From a virus: a DNA stretch of 50,972 bases. Each line of letters begins with the position of its first letter. The first letter of the stretch is position 1. A program made the translations under genes and the position numbers. Below, in pieces: positions 1 to 8,535 of the stretch. The DNA lies in IMG/VR virus record IMGVR_UViG_3300033141_003735, one strand, 5' to 3'. Below the pieces are notes generated by a model. The model worked only from the letters and a program-made list of their open reading frames with translations. It ran no database searches and was not told the origin of the DNA.

Positions 1-111
1 CTCGTACCACCTTTTCGTAACTCCAGAGATCCTGCCACAGGGAGATACAAGAGAGTCCCCAGGTAGACAGTTCGGATGAACTGGAATTACCCCCTGTGCC
101 TCATCAATCGT
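1..111. repeat. Terminal redundancy copy 1, identical to 50862..50972. Indicates a circular or circularly permuted 50,861-bp genome, or an assembly overlap.
   Basis: Direct comparison: nt 1..111 (ctcgtaccacc...ctcatcaatcgt) match nt 50862..50972 base for base. Confidence 0.95.
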
Positions 112-906
112 ATATACTTGCCCGTCCTTTTCAGCACATAAATCACAGCACTCAGGGTCAGCGTTAAACCTAACTTTCTCAACCCCCATTTGTTTATAGC
201 CCTGGAGTTCCCCTTCACCCAGAGCCTTAGCGGTCTCAGTCCTGGCTATGCGTTCAGTCCGGTACTTTTGGAGTTTTTTTGCATATCTTTCCGCATGTCT
301 AAATCTCTGCTCTGCTGTATAATGACTATATTTGGGGAGGGTCTCAAGTTCGGTTAATCGTCTCCCCACTGCTAAAGCTAATCTATCTGTAAGCCCCACC
401 ACTGGTCTCAATTCCCGGCCTATATGATAAATAGATTTGCCCTCATTTATACCCCATCGAATATAACTCCTAATGCCTTTCATGGTCTCCTTGGTAATCC
501 CGACTACTAATTCTGCTGAGTGTTCTTTCACCCATTCCACAGCCCCTTCACCTAGGGGGTCAAACCTGTCCTGTTTCAGCACCTTTCTTTCTACAACAGC
601 CTTACCGGCCTCGGTAAGAATCTCATGGAGTACAGGCCGGAAAAGCTCCTCTCCTTTTTTTCTCACGTCATCCCAATCTATCATATTCCGGGTTATAGTA
701 TCAGGCGCCCTGCCTTTCAAGGTCTTAGCCCTATTATCCCTAATATAATCTAACCAGGCGTTAAATACCTTGGCCACCTTGTCTTTGTTCTGGGTAATAA
801 GCCTTTTGTGATTCATTCTGTTAAGCTCATCACGTCTGGACTTTTCCAAAAAAACTTTTAAGGCTTTCTGTATTCTTATGAGCGGTTCAGTTTGGATTTG
901 AGGCAA
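1..906 (-). CDS. Head morphogenesis protein, Mu F / SPP1 gp7 family. N-extein is 70..906 and the first 23 intein codons are 1..69. The ORF runs off the window edge and continues at 50930 via the terminal repeat.
   Basis: TTG start at 906 lies 6 nt after AGGAG. My translation gives ...IARTETAKALGEGELQGYKQMGVEKVRFNADPECCDLCAEKDGQVYTIDEAQGVIPVHPN|CLPGDSLV. The IARTE...C..C...HPNC pattern is the Mu F domain signature, and the gene sits just after portal. Confidence 0.8.
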   Translation of the reverse strand, partial: MPQIQTEPLIRIQKALKVFLEKSRRDELNRMNHKRLITQNKDKVAKVFNAWLDYIRDNRAKTLKGRAPDTITRNMIDWDDVRKKGEELFRPVLHEILTEAGKAVVERKVLKQDRFDPLGEGAVEWVKEHSAELVVGITKETMKGIRSYIRWGINEGKSIYHIGRELRPVVGLTDRLALAVGRRLTELETLPKYSHYTAEQRFRHAERYAKKLQKYRTERIARTETAKALGEGELQGYKQMGVEKVRFNADPECCDLCAEKDGQVYTIDEAQGVIPVHPNCLPGDSLVSPCGRISGVTKRWYE

Positions 907-926
907 CTCTGGCTCCTAATTTTTCT

Positions 927-1181
927 TTATGCTTTCTGTGCTATTCTTTCTCTTTCCATCTCCTCATACTCCTCTTCGCTTACCTCTTGGAGGAACGCTA
1001 TGTTCAAATCAGATATAGCCGGAATGACTATTCCTTTCCCTTTCACCGTCTTTGTAACAAGGGTTCCCCTTCCATACATCTCTTCATATTGCCTCACCAC
1101 ATCTTTATTCTCTGGATTGATGCTTCCCTCTATAGGCAGTACACGGGGAGGATTCTTAAGGTATATTAATATCGGCATCAC
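927..1181 (-). CDS. Hypothetical protein between portal and Mu F-like gene
   Basis: 84-aa ORF with 4-nt overlap with the portal stop; no recognisable motif. Confidence 0.4.
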   Translation of the reverse strand: MMPILIYLKNPPRVLPIEGSINPENKDVVRQYEEMYGRGTLVTKTVKGKGIVIPAISDLNIAFLQEVSEEEYEEMERERIAQKA

Positions 1182-2653
1182 TTGCCTCCTTTTATTGCAT
1201 CCTCGACTTCTTGTTTTAGGTCTTCTAAGTCCCCGATAATCCCAGCCTCCTTCTCAAATACTTGGTCAATAGCTCTGTATTTGCTGGATATAAAATACTG
1301 ATTGAGAAGCTCGTTTTCTTTTATCTTGTCATCTATTTGAATTCCTATAGCTTCCATGACTTGGATAGGTGTCATAGTCCCCATTTCAAATTTCTTCTGG
1401 TACTTTTCAAGTTCCCTGAGTTCATCTCTTATGTCCAGCTTTCTAAATACCAGGTCATAGGTCTCGTTTTTAAAGCACCCCCGGATTATTACCTTTGTAA
1501 ACAACCGCCCCATATCAGCTTTCAGCGGGTTTACAACTGAGTCAGCGTAAATCTCTGAACTTTCTTTTGCCGTGGAACCTCCCAGTGAGCCGACTTCAGC
1601 GATCCCGATTCTATAAGGAGGCATCCGGTATGGCACTAAGACCCGGTCTCTTAGCTTTTTATCCAGGTCTGCAAACGAACCCTCTTGGGTATTGCTCGAC
1701 TCCAACGGGACCCAAGTTATTTTCCCTTCTTTCGGGATCCTGAGGATTGCTACCTTGTGAGCATTTTCTGTGCCTTTTATGTTGGTATTCCAGAAATCAT
1801 TAAGTTTTTTCTCGGAATCTTTTTTCCATTTGCCCTCTAAGGCTATCCACCCTACGGGGATCCCGTAATTCTCAAAAAAGGACAGGTTATAATCCCTTAT
1901 ACCAACAAGTCCTCGGGCCGCTCCTACGGCAGGTAAGATGGGCGGTCTACCATAATAAGCCGACTGTTGGTAGTACTCCTTATAGAAGATAAGCTCATTT
2001 GCTGGATTGGAAACCTTTTTTTTCTCTTCTCCTGTATCCGCATCAACGTCCTTCTCATAGCCAAAAGTCTTAAACCATACTTTTTTATTCCTTCGCTCCT
2101 GGCAGTATTTATTACCGGATTTATGCACCCATAGAGTATGTGCCGGGACATTCCACATTCCTATAGGCTGGCTCTTGTCTCTAGCCAGCTCTATTCCCAT
2201 CCAGCCTATGCTCTCTAAATCTGTTATCGCATTCCTCACGATTTTATCAAAAGATTCGCCTTCGTTAAAATTAGGCTCTTCCAAAAACTTCTCTATCTTT
2301 TCTCTTTCCTTTTTACTCTCTTTTTTGCCTTCCCGGACTTTAAGCTCGTAGCCCTGGCTCACGATGTCTGTACCTATTTGATGAGCACAGGCATCGAAAT
2401 ACTCGCAATTATCCATAAGCCAGAGCAGACCTCTCACGTTAAAAGGGTGAGGAATAAGGTCTTTTTCGGTTAGGAATTTTATGTCTTCTTCTTTTATTTG
2501 TTTAGAGCTTTTTCCCCCCTGGTCTTTTTTTACTTTTATAGCCGACGGGTGGAACACTCCCTTTGTCGTCTTAAGGAAATAAACTTCCCCAATATCTTGT
2601 TCAGGTTTCAAAATAGATTTCTCCGTCCTCATCGTCTCCGTACTCATCATCAT
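1178..2653 (-). CDS. Portal protein
   Basis: 491 aa, immediately downstream of TerL and upstream of the Mu F-like gene. Call rests on size and synteny. Confidence 0.6.
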   Translation of the reverse strand: MMMSTETMRTEKSILKPEQDIGEVYFLKTTKGVFHPSAIKVKKDQGGKSSKQIKEEDIKFLTEKDLIPHPFNVRGLLWLMDNCEYFDACAHQIGTDIVSQGYELKVREGKKESKKEREKIEKFLEEPNFNEGESFDKIVRNAITDLESIGWMGIELARDKSQPIGMWNVPAHTLWVHKSGNKYCQERRNKKVWFKTFGYEKDVDADTGEEKKKVSNPANELIFYKEYYQQSAYYGRPPILPAVGAARGLVGIRDYNLSFFENYGIPVGWIALEGKWKKDSEKKLNDFWNTNIKGTENAHKVAILRIPKEGKITWVPLESSNTQEGSFADLDKKLRDRVLVPYRMPPYRIGIAEVGSLGGSTAKESSEIYADSVVNPLKADMGRLFTKVIIRGCFKNETYDLVFRKLDIRDELRELEKYQKKFEMGTMTPIQVMEAIGIQIDDKIKENELLNQYFISSKYRAIDQVFEKEAGIIGDLEDLKQEVEDAIKGGK

Positions 2654-3119
2654 ACTCCTGTCCTTTTATTTGCTCCCCCCTCTCTTCTTTTTCATCTTGG
2701 GGAGGAAGCCTTTTCCGTTTAAGGAACTTCTTAATCCGTTTATCTTTCTCCTCTTCAGTGAGGTCCCTAGCCTCTGTTTCAGGGCCAAAATACACCTGGC
2801 CTTCCTCTATCTCTTCCTCGGTCTGAGCCAAAGCATATATTACAGCTTCAGCATCATCCGGCGACCGACCCAACCTCTTTTTAATTTCAGGTTTGGGGAT
2901 GATTAGGATCTGGCCTGCTGAATTTATTTTATATTTGATTGAATTCAGTTGGCTTGCCAGCTCTGAGTCCTGGGGCAAATCAAGATAAGGGAGAATCTCC
3001 CGTAAGCCCCAGTGGATCTCCGAACGCAGGTTTTTGAATTTAATGGGGTCTCTGGGTTTTTTGGCTCCATTTATGCTTATAAGATTTATCTTTATCCTCA
3101 GCTTCCTCTGCCACTTGCT
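2601..3119 (-). CDS. terL: Terminase large subunit, C-terminal nuclease-domain fragment. The frame is open up to 3119, upstream of the annotated TTG at 2978.
   Basis: Translation ...LRIKINLISINGAKKPRDPIKFKNLRSEIHWGLREILPYLDLPQDSELASQLNSIKYKINSAGQILIIPKPEIKKRLGRSPDDAEAVIYA is a typical TerL C-terminal end. The frame is -1 relative to 3098..4060. Confidence 0.7.
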   Translation of the reverse strand, partial: SKWQRKLRIKINLISINGAKKPRDPIKFKNLRSEIHWGLREILPYLDLPQDSELASQLNSIKYKINSAGQILIIPKPEIKKRLGRSPDDAEAVIYALAQTEEEIEEGQVYFGPETEARDLTEEEKDKRIKKFLKRKRLPPQDEKEERGEQIKGQEYDDEYGDDEDGEIYFET

Positions 3120-4060
3120 TTAATCCGGTCTTTCCACTTCTTAGCCATTCTGTCAACTACTTTCCATACTTCCCCGGCTGTACGCATAGTATCATGGCCT
3201 TTGGCTCGATGGCGTATCCTTACAACAAGCCCTTCTCTTGTGGTTATTACCGTCGAGTCGTCTCCCTCTCTAGCCACGTCCACACCTAGCTCCACAGGAG
3301 GGGTGGGGTCTAGCTTTCTCTCTATGGCTTTCTTCACATCTGAGTAGGGGTAAACATTATCCGGGTCTCCTATGGCTTCCCAGTCTCCATCAAGCAGAGC
3401 CTGCTGCTGTTTAGGAGTCAGCATATCTTTCATCCTGTCTATGTAGCCAGCAGGAAGGTTTTTGGCATTATCCTGAGGCAGTGCTGGGATATATAAAAAA
3501 TCCTTCCCTGGTGCTTCTATGAACAGCTTCTTTAGCCAGCCTGGGTCTGGATTGCAAGACAGCAGAAACTTATATTTAACATCATAACCGGGAACGGTCA
3601 ATCTCAATGTCCGCGACAGCATTCTAAATTCATTTTCTGTAAAGTCCTCAGCCTGGTCTATAGCTATCCAGCCATATTCCCCAGACATCTTCTTTTTCCA
3701 GTCTTCTGGTCTTTCGCCAAGTCCCCCGTATCTAATTTTAGATTTATTAATTAGCCTTATAATCTTTTCGCTCTGGTTCCAGTCTGCCACTAAATCATCG
3801 GGTATGAACTTTTCCATCTGGGGTAAAACCGTATCCCTAAAAGACGGCCAGGTCTTTCGTATAAGCAGACCATCATTGCCGGGATAATCCAAAGAGAGCT
3901 GAAGCCCCTCGTTTATAAGAGCTGCTGTTTTGCCTCCAAATAAAGCCCCTCCGTATAAAATATAAGTAGCATCGGCTTTATGGAATTCCATTTGCTTAGG
4001 ATTCCGTGTAGGGTCATAAGGAAGCTCTATTTCCCTAACTCTTTTTGGTTGAGTTTGCAT
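3098..4060 (-). CDS. terL: Terminase large subunit, N-terminal ATPase plus start of nuclease domain (truncated by a frame break)
   Basis: Walker A-like YGGALFGGKTAA, Walker B-like GWIAIDQAEDF, and a nuclease-domain Asp cluster LGVDVAREGDDSTV. Confidence 0.8.
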   Translation of the reverse strand: MQTQPKRVREIELPYDPTRNPKQMEFHKADATYILYGGALFGGKTAALINEGLQLSLDYPGNDGLLIRKTWPSFRDTVLPQMEKFIPDDLVADWNQSEKIIRLINKSKIRYGGLGERPEDWKKKMSGEYGWIAIDQAEDFTENEFRMLSRTLRLTVPGYDVKYKFLLSCNPDPGWLKKLFIEAPGKDFLYIPALPQDNAKNLPAGYIDRMKDMLTPKQQQALLDGDWEAIGDPDNVYPYSDVKKAIERKLDPTPPVELGVDVAREGDDSTVITTREGLVVRIRHRAKGHDTMRTAGEVWKVVDRMAKKWKDRIKASGRGS

Positions 4061-4370
4061 TTTTCTTTTTTATAGGTCTTGGGACTTTTGAGATGACGTT
4101 TATGGTGATATTCCCCTTTGTGTCTATATCTACATTCGTTGGAAGCAATCGAGCTAATATTTGAATAAAAGTCGTTTCGTTTCTTTTGCTGGAATTAAGC
4201 CAGTCGAGAAGCCAGTCCTCTCCACCTTTACGCTTGAAGACATTGAGGAACGTTATTTTCATGTCTTGGGTAAATTTAGATTGCGCACCCTTGGGCTTGC
4301 CAGGGTTGCCTTTGGTAAACCTGCCTTTAGCGTCCCGTTTGCGTCCGTATTTTTCGGTTTTCTTATTCAT
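4035..4370 (-). CDS. terS: Putative terminase small subunit
   Basis: Basic N-terminus KGRFTKGNPGKPKGAQSKFT, directly upstream of and overlapping TerL. ATG at 4370 overlaps the previous stop. Confidence 0.45.
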   Translation of the reverse strand: MNKKTEKYGRKRDAKGRFTKGNPGKPKGAQSKFTQDMKITFLNVFKRKGGEDWLLDWLNSSKRNETTFIQILARLLPTNVDIDTKGNITINVISKVPRPIKKKNANSTKKS

Positions 4371-4545
4371 CGTTATCCACCAAAGCCACGCTAATGAACT
4401 CATCCGGCTTATGAATTCGGTTAATACTATCCACTGTTTTGATATCCAAGTCTTGAGTTTCTAAAGTTATCCGATAGCCCTTATCCCCGCTTACAAGAGA
4501 TTTAGCTTCAAACTTCTTTATTAAAGCCTGGAATATTGCTTTCAT
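4363..4545 (-). CDS. Hypothetical protein
   Basis: 60-aa ORF translationally coupled on both sides. Confidence 0.35.
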   Translation of the reverse strand: MKAIFQALIKKFEAKSLVSGDKGYRITLETQDLDIKTVDSINRIHKPDEFISVALVDNDE

Positions 4546-4856
4546 GTCTTCTTCTCAATCAGCTTATCCAGCTTATCAAATATTCTCTTATGGTCGTCCC
4601 GATTTTCCTCCTTCATACCATCCAGAGATTTGCAAACCGCATCTATGGCTTGCTTATTCAAGAGGCTTCGAGTCCGATTTTCCACAATCATGTGGTAATG
4701 ATTTTTATTATTGCTGTTTCCCTTTCCGTTATTTTTCTTCTTTGAGATTATGTTCATAGCCTTATCCAGAGCCACAAATGCTACTGTTATTCCCATCCCA
4801 ATATATAAATAAATCTGCCCTCCTGCCTGTGATATCTGCTCTTCCATTATTTGCAC
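4542..4856 (-). CDS. Membrane-anchored protein, possible i-spanin-like
   Basis: One N-terminal TM segment (IYLYIGMGITVAFVAL) followed by a charged helical region; adjacent to a lipoprotein gene and the lysis block. Confidence 0.35.
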   Translation of the reverse strand: MQIMEEQISQAGGQIYLYIGMGITVAFVALDKAMNIISKKKNNGKGNSNNKNHYHMIVENRTRSLLNKQAIDAVCKSLDGMKEENRDDHKRIFDKLDKLIEKKT

Positions 4857-5077
4857 TCCCTTCTTAATCTTCTTACTTCAAGCTGTAATTCTTTGACATA
4901 CCTCAGAAATTCGGGATTAACAATAAAATTCCCATCTTCTGTTATTCCCAATGGATTTGCTTTTATTATAGCAGGCGGATTCAAGACGTCATAACCTTGA
5001 TAAAGAGTAGGTGAATAGTTTGTGCAAGAACTAAAAAATAACAGCATTAAAAATATTAGAATTATTTTTTTTCTCAT
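4847..5077 (-). CDS. Small lipoprotein, either o-spanin-like or a superinfection-exclusion lipoprotein
   Basis: Signal peptide MRKKIILIFLMLLFFSSC with a lipobox-like Cys; mature part about 58 aa. Confidence 0.4.
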   Translation of the reverse strand: MRKKIILIFLMLLFFSSCTNYSPTLYQGYDVLNPPAIIKANPLGITEDGNFIVNPEFLRYVKELQLEVRRLRRECK

Positions 5078-5622
5078 CCAAATTTCCTTACAATATTCCT
5101 ACTATATTCAACAAATTCCTTATGAGTTCTCCCCCGTTTTGTACTATTGCATTCATGACAAATGATTTGAATATTATTTAAATTTATTTCATTACCATTG
5201 TTTATTCTATCTAATGATGGAGTGTTTCTATTAAGGCCTTTTCCATATTGGAAAATCAATTTTTTATTGCAATAAATACATTTCTTAGTTGTCTTTGCTA
5301 ATTTTTCCAAATCATCTGTTGATATATTTATTTTACAGCCTTTTTTCCTATGATTTGAAAGTGTAGTTATAACCCAAATACGATACGGGTTTTTATATCT
5401 AAATAATTTATCTTTATTTTCTCTATGCCATCGTCTATTACATTCAGCTGATTTTTCTGGGTTGTTTTTTCTCCATTTCCTTACCATTTCTCTACCTTTT
5501 TCTGGATCTGCTTGATATCTCAATCTTTTATTTTTAGCATATATAGGACGCAATTTTTTTTTATTTTTTTGATAATATTCTCGGTCATATTCTCTTTTTT
5601 TAACTGGATCCGCAAATGGCAT
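5074..5622 (-). CDS. HNH homing endonuclease-like protein
   Basis: C-terminal SLDRINNGNEINLNNIQIICHECNSTK (HNH/HNN motif) and a CxxC pair; AT-rich insert between the endolysin and lipoprotein genes. Confidence 0.7.
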   Translation of the reverse strand: MPFADPVKKREYDREYYQKNKKKLRPIYAKNKRLRYQADPEKGREMVRKWRKNNPEKSAECNRRWHRENKDKLFRYKNPYRIWVITTLSNHRKKGCKINISTDDLEKLAKTTKKCIYCNKKLIFQYGKGLNRNTPSLDRINNGNEINLNNIQIICHECNSTKRGRTHKEFVEYSRNIVRKFG

Positions 5623-5634
5623 TTATTCACTCCT

Positions 5635-5835
5635 TCATTTTTCCCACAACCATTTTCTTACTTTTTTAAGAGCCTTTTCTTGAGCTTTTTTTGTCTCTGC
5701 TTTCAGTGCTTTTGCTATGGCTCTTTTGACTCCCTTTCGCTGGCGGTTATCCCCTATGATATGCACCCAGTCTTCTATTTGCTCTTTCAGGTCGAATATC
5801 CGATTTAGCAGTGTTATTATTTCTTCAAAGTTCAT
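5635..5835 (-). CDS. Hypothetical protein
   Basis: 66-aa lysine-rich helical ORF. Confidence 0.35.
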   Translation of the reverse strand: MNFEEIITLLNRIFDLKEQIEDWVHIIGDNRQRKGVKRAIAKALKAETKKAQEKALKKVRKWLWEK

Positions 5836-5844
5836 GATTTTCTC

Positions 5845-6201
5845 TTAATATTCAAAATGATAAATATCATCCAGGCTTGCCCAGTCCCCTCCCCATCTGC
5901 CTCCAATCGATTTCCAGAATGCACCTAAGACATCATATTCGGGGATGTGATTCCAGGTCGGCTTATCGTTGGAATCGATTATGACAATATCTCTTGCCCT
6001 ATCCTTCTGGTGCATGCTTATCTTTTCATAACCATCACACTTGCTTTTGCCTTCATCAAAAAGTTTTTTCTGTTCTTTTGCTGTACGGGAATAAGAAAAA
6101 ACTATGAAATCTATACCCTGGGTTTTAGCATATAGAGTAAGAAGGGCAAACTTCTGATTGAAAATTGCCCGCTTGCGTGTATTGGTGTTATTTGCCATCA
6201 C
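5845..6201 (-). CDS. Endolysin, peptidase M15 (VanY / L-Ala-D-Glu peptidase-like)
   Basis: Motifs YSRTAKEQKKLF, SMHQKDRARD, GGRWGGDWASLDDIYHFEY match the M15 zinc peptidase pattern (H..D...H). Confidence 0.75.
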   Translation of the reverse strand: MMANNTNTRKRAIFNQKFALLTLYAKTQGIDFIVFSYSRTAKEQKKLFDEGKSKCDGYEKISMHQKDRARDIVIIDSNDKPTWNHIPEYDVLGAFWKSIGGRWGGDWASLDDIYHFEY

Positions 6202-6309
6202 CTATAAAAATAGGGACAAATAATAATAAATGCAAATATTTTTTAAAGGAAGGTTTGTTTTTAGGAAGGGTTTATATGGGGGAATTTTAAATATTTATTT
6301 TTTTTATTA

Positions 6310-6879
6310 TTACTTTTTTTTTGCCTGAGCATAACATGCTATAGAACAATATTTCCTAAGGCTTTGGGAGGGAAATACATAGAATATTTTCCCGCAAAAC
6401 TCACATTGCTTTCTTACCCTTGTCGCTGACTTTCTGCCTTTTTTGTAGAGTACATATTTATTTAACATCTCCTGCATATAAGTGTTTCTGTTTCTCTCTA
6501 TGTAAATTTTATGGATTTGGGCATCGCAGAATTCGCAGGCGGTTTTCTTCCTGCACTCCTCAATCCTGCGTTGTGCTTCTTTTTTCGTAGTGGGTAACCA
6601 CCTTGCCGAACCCCACTCACCCCAGACATATAAAGACCGGATGTCCATTTCATTATGCCATTTGTTTTCACTTCTTTTAATGAGTTCCTCCTTTATTTTA
6701 TAACCAAGTTTTATTAAAGCTTTATATTCTAATTGACGAACTCTTTCTTTGCTAACTTTAAAAACATCAGCTATTTCTTGTAAAGTTTGAATTGCTACAA
6801 CGTCTATCCCATATCTCATTTTTAAAATTTTTCTTTCCCTTTGAGTTAAACCACTAAGAACATAAACCACTAAGAACAT
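6310..6879 (-). CDS. Sigma-70 region 4-like HTH protein fused to zinc-ribbon modules
   Basis: LSGLTQRERKILKMRYGIDVVAIQTLQEIADVFKVSKERVRQLEYKALIKL matches sigma-70 region 4.2. Followed by CEFC...C and CEFCGKIFYV..RKYCSIAC. Confidence 0.7.
   Translation of the reverse strand: MFLVVYVLSGLTQRERKILKMRYGIDVVAIQTLQEIADVFKVSKERVRQLEYKALIKLGYKIKEELIKRSENKWHNEMDIRSLYVWGEWGSARWLPTTKKEAQRRIEECRKKTACEFCDAQIHKIYIERNRNTYMQEMLNKYVLYKKGRKSATRVRKQCEFCGKIFYVFPSQSLRKYCSIACYAQAKKK
6848..6879. repeat. Perfect 16-bp tandem duplication (aaaccactaagaacat x2) at the 5' end of the sigma region 4-like gene
   Basis: Read directly: 6848..6863 equals 6864..6879. Confidence 0.9.
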
Positions 6880-6941
6880 TTTTCCACAACCAGCTTGTTT
6901 TTGGTTTTGCCATTTTACTTTCCTTCGCTCACAAATTCCTC

Positions 6942-7025
6942 TTAATCTTCATAATCCCTACGGGTTACAAACGTCCCGATGATGATGGCAAAAGCCAGAA
7001 AGAAGAATACCTTTATCCAAATCAT
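6942..7025 (-). CDS. Small single-TM protein (27 aa)
   Basis: MIWIKVFFFLAFAIIIGTFVTRRDYED; ATGA overlap with the upstream small ORF. Confidence 0.3.
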   Translation of the reverse strand: MIWIKVFFFLAFAIIIGTFVTRRDYED

Positions 7026-7114
7026 TTATCCCTCCTGTGAGCTTTCTGCAGAAGCCAGACTCCCCATAAATACCCAGCAATTATGCCAAACACTATGAGT
7101 ATTTTTGATGACAT
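7022..7114 (-). CDS. Small single-TM protein (30 aa)
   Basis: MSSKILIVFGIIAGYLWGVWLLQKAHRRDK; lies in the lysis-region context. Confidence 0.3.
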   Translation of the reverse strand: MSSKILIVFGIIAGYLWGVWLLQKAHRRDK

Positions 7115-7163
7115 TACTACCCTCCTTTATTTTCCCGCCCCTTGCCCTTAATTGCCTGGATAG

Positions 7164-7439
7164 TTAAGTGCGATCTCTCGGAAATAGATAAATTCCGTTG
7201 GCTGCTAGCGTCACAAGTGCTGTGTAGACTAGGAACTTCCAAAGAACCCATCCAATAGGAATAAGATAAGCTAGGACTGCAGCTGCACTTACCAGTATCG
7301 AGATTGCGATAACTGCTATACCCTGAGCTTTTAACCACCGCTTAATGACACTAACCAGAGCAGTAACACTGAGACCACCGACACCGGTTAAAAAGATAGC
7401 TTCGGCTGCCGCCAAAATTGCTGTAACTTCAATTTCCAT
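7164..7439 (-). CDS. Holin-like multi-TM membrane protein
   Basis: 91 aa with about three hydrophobic segments and a charged C-terminus; near the endolysin. Confidence 0.4.
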   Translation of the reverse strand: MEIEVTAILAAAEAIFLTGVGGLSVTALVSVIKRWLKAQGIAVIAISILVSAAAVLAYLIPIGWVLWKFLVYTALVTLAANGIYLFPRDRT

Positions 7440-7503
7440 TTTTATGACCTCCTTTCTTTGATTTTTTTAAAGCTTCTTCTCATCCAGTTTTTCACATGTT
7501 TTT

Positions 7504-7794
7504 TTAATCTAATTCATTTAGGATATCATCCAATATTTTGTTTGTTCTTTTTAGAACTTTCGTTAAGTTGCTACTGTAGCTTTCTAACCTGCCTAAAAAA
7601 CCACCTTTCTCTATCCCTGTTTCTTCTTCATACTCATCGTTGACAACCGCTTCCCCAAGCAATAGTTCATGAATACGTTGCATTTTAACATTCACCTCTA
7701 ATGTTCTGAGTTCAACTAAATCCATCCCCTCCAGAATTAATCGTCTCCTTGATTTTTTTGAAGGAACCATTCCTTCGTTTGGGTCTTTTTGCAT
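7504..7794 (-). CDS. Hypothetical protein
   Basis: 96-aa ORF with no motif. Confidence 0.35.
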   Translation of the reverse strand: MQKDPNEGMVPSKKSRRRLILEGMDLVELRTLEVNVKMQRIHELLLGEAVVNDEYEEETGIEKGGFLGRLESYSSNLTKVLKRTNKILDDILNELD

Positions 7795-7811
7795 TTTTTA
7801 ATCTCCTTTGT

Positions 7812-8186
7812 TTAGTTTTTTTTCTCATCCAGAACATAAATAATTACTTCTGTCCTGGGATTTTTCTTGTCTATTTCTTGAAATACAGATAAAGATAAAT
7901 ATTCCGGACTATCCTCCCATATAAGTCCTGCTTCCTCTATCGCATCAAGAAGGAGTTTAACTGAACCCACAAGATTATCTGGATCTAGAAGTTGTTTGCG
8001 ATAAGAGAAAATCTCTACTTTTCTATATTCATACATATATTTAATTCTATGCTTGTCTTCTATAGCTGCCTTTAATAGATATCCATAATCTTTCTGTATT
8101 TTATATCGTTCAGTCCAGTGCATTCTGAGCATTTTATTTGGTGAATTTGTCACAATGGGGAGGGTGATCTTACAAAGGATCCTCAT
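7812..8186 (-). CDS. rusA: RusA-family Holliday junction resolvase
   Basis: 124 aa; LLDPDNLVGSVKLLLDAIEEAGLIWEDSPEYL matches the RusA D.DN..K...D pattern. Confidence 0.65.
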   Translation of the reverse strand: MRILCKITLPIVTNSPNKMLRMHWTERYKIQKDYGYLLKAAIEDKHRIKYMYEYRKVEIFSYRKQLLDPDNLVGSVKLLLDAIEEAGLIWEDSPEYLSLSVFQEIDKKNPRTEVIIYVLDEKKN

Positions 8187-8256
8187 AAAAATAACTCCAT
8201 ATGAGCGTTCTCTTTTCCTCTATGATATTTTTGATACAATTCAAGAATGCTTAGTC

Positions 8257-8535
8257 TCATTTATTACTCCTTGACGGCCTCTCAATATCAGGACTTGACT
8301 TAGGCGGAATATAATCATCTAATGCCTGCTGAAGTTGAATCAGCCTATCCACCATAGCCTCGTTTTCCTCTGTCAGGTCTTGAATCTGCTGGAGTTGGTC
8401 GTCATTCATAAAACCTGAATAAAAATCACAATTACGTTGTTGTATGAATGCTCCAGTCATAACGCCTAAAACAAAGCCTATAAATGCAGCTAAAGATACG
8501 TAACAGAAAGCTTTATTTTTTGTCATAAGTTTCAT
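8257..8535 (-). CDS. Membrane-anchored hypothetical protein
   Basis: N-terminal TM segment (CYVSLAAFIGFVLGVMTGAFI) followed by a coiled-coil-like region. Confidence 0.35.
   Translation of the reverse strand: MKLMTKNKAFCYVSLAAFIGFVLGVMTGAFIQQRNCDFYSGFMNDDQLQQIQDLTEENEAMVDRLIQLQQALDDYIPPKSSPDIERPSRSNK

Noticed and set aside
3092-3100. Stop-codon reassignment (TGA readthrough) as the explanation for the TerL break
   Set aside because: A TAA follows two codons later in the same frame, and all other genes terminate normally with the standard code.
7117-7338. 73-aa minus-strand ORF overlapping the holin-like gene in another frame. Similar nested ORFs occur at 1924..2151, 25715..25933, 27691..27918, 30866..31105 and 41566..41748.
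   Set aside because: Each is fully embedded in a longer ORF with a better coding character and no independent signals.
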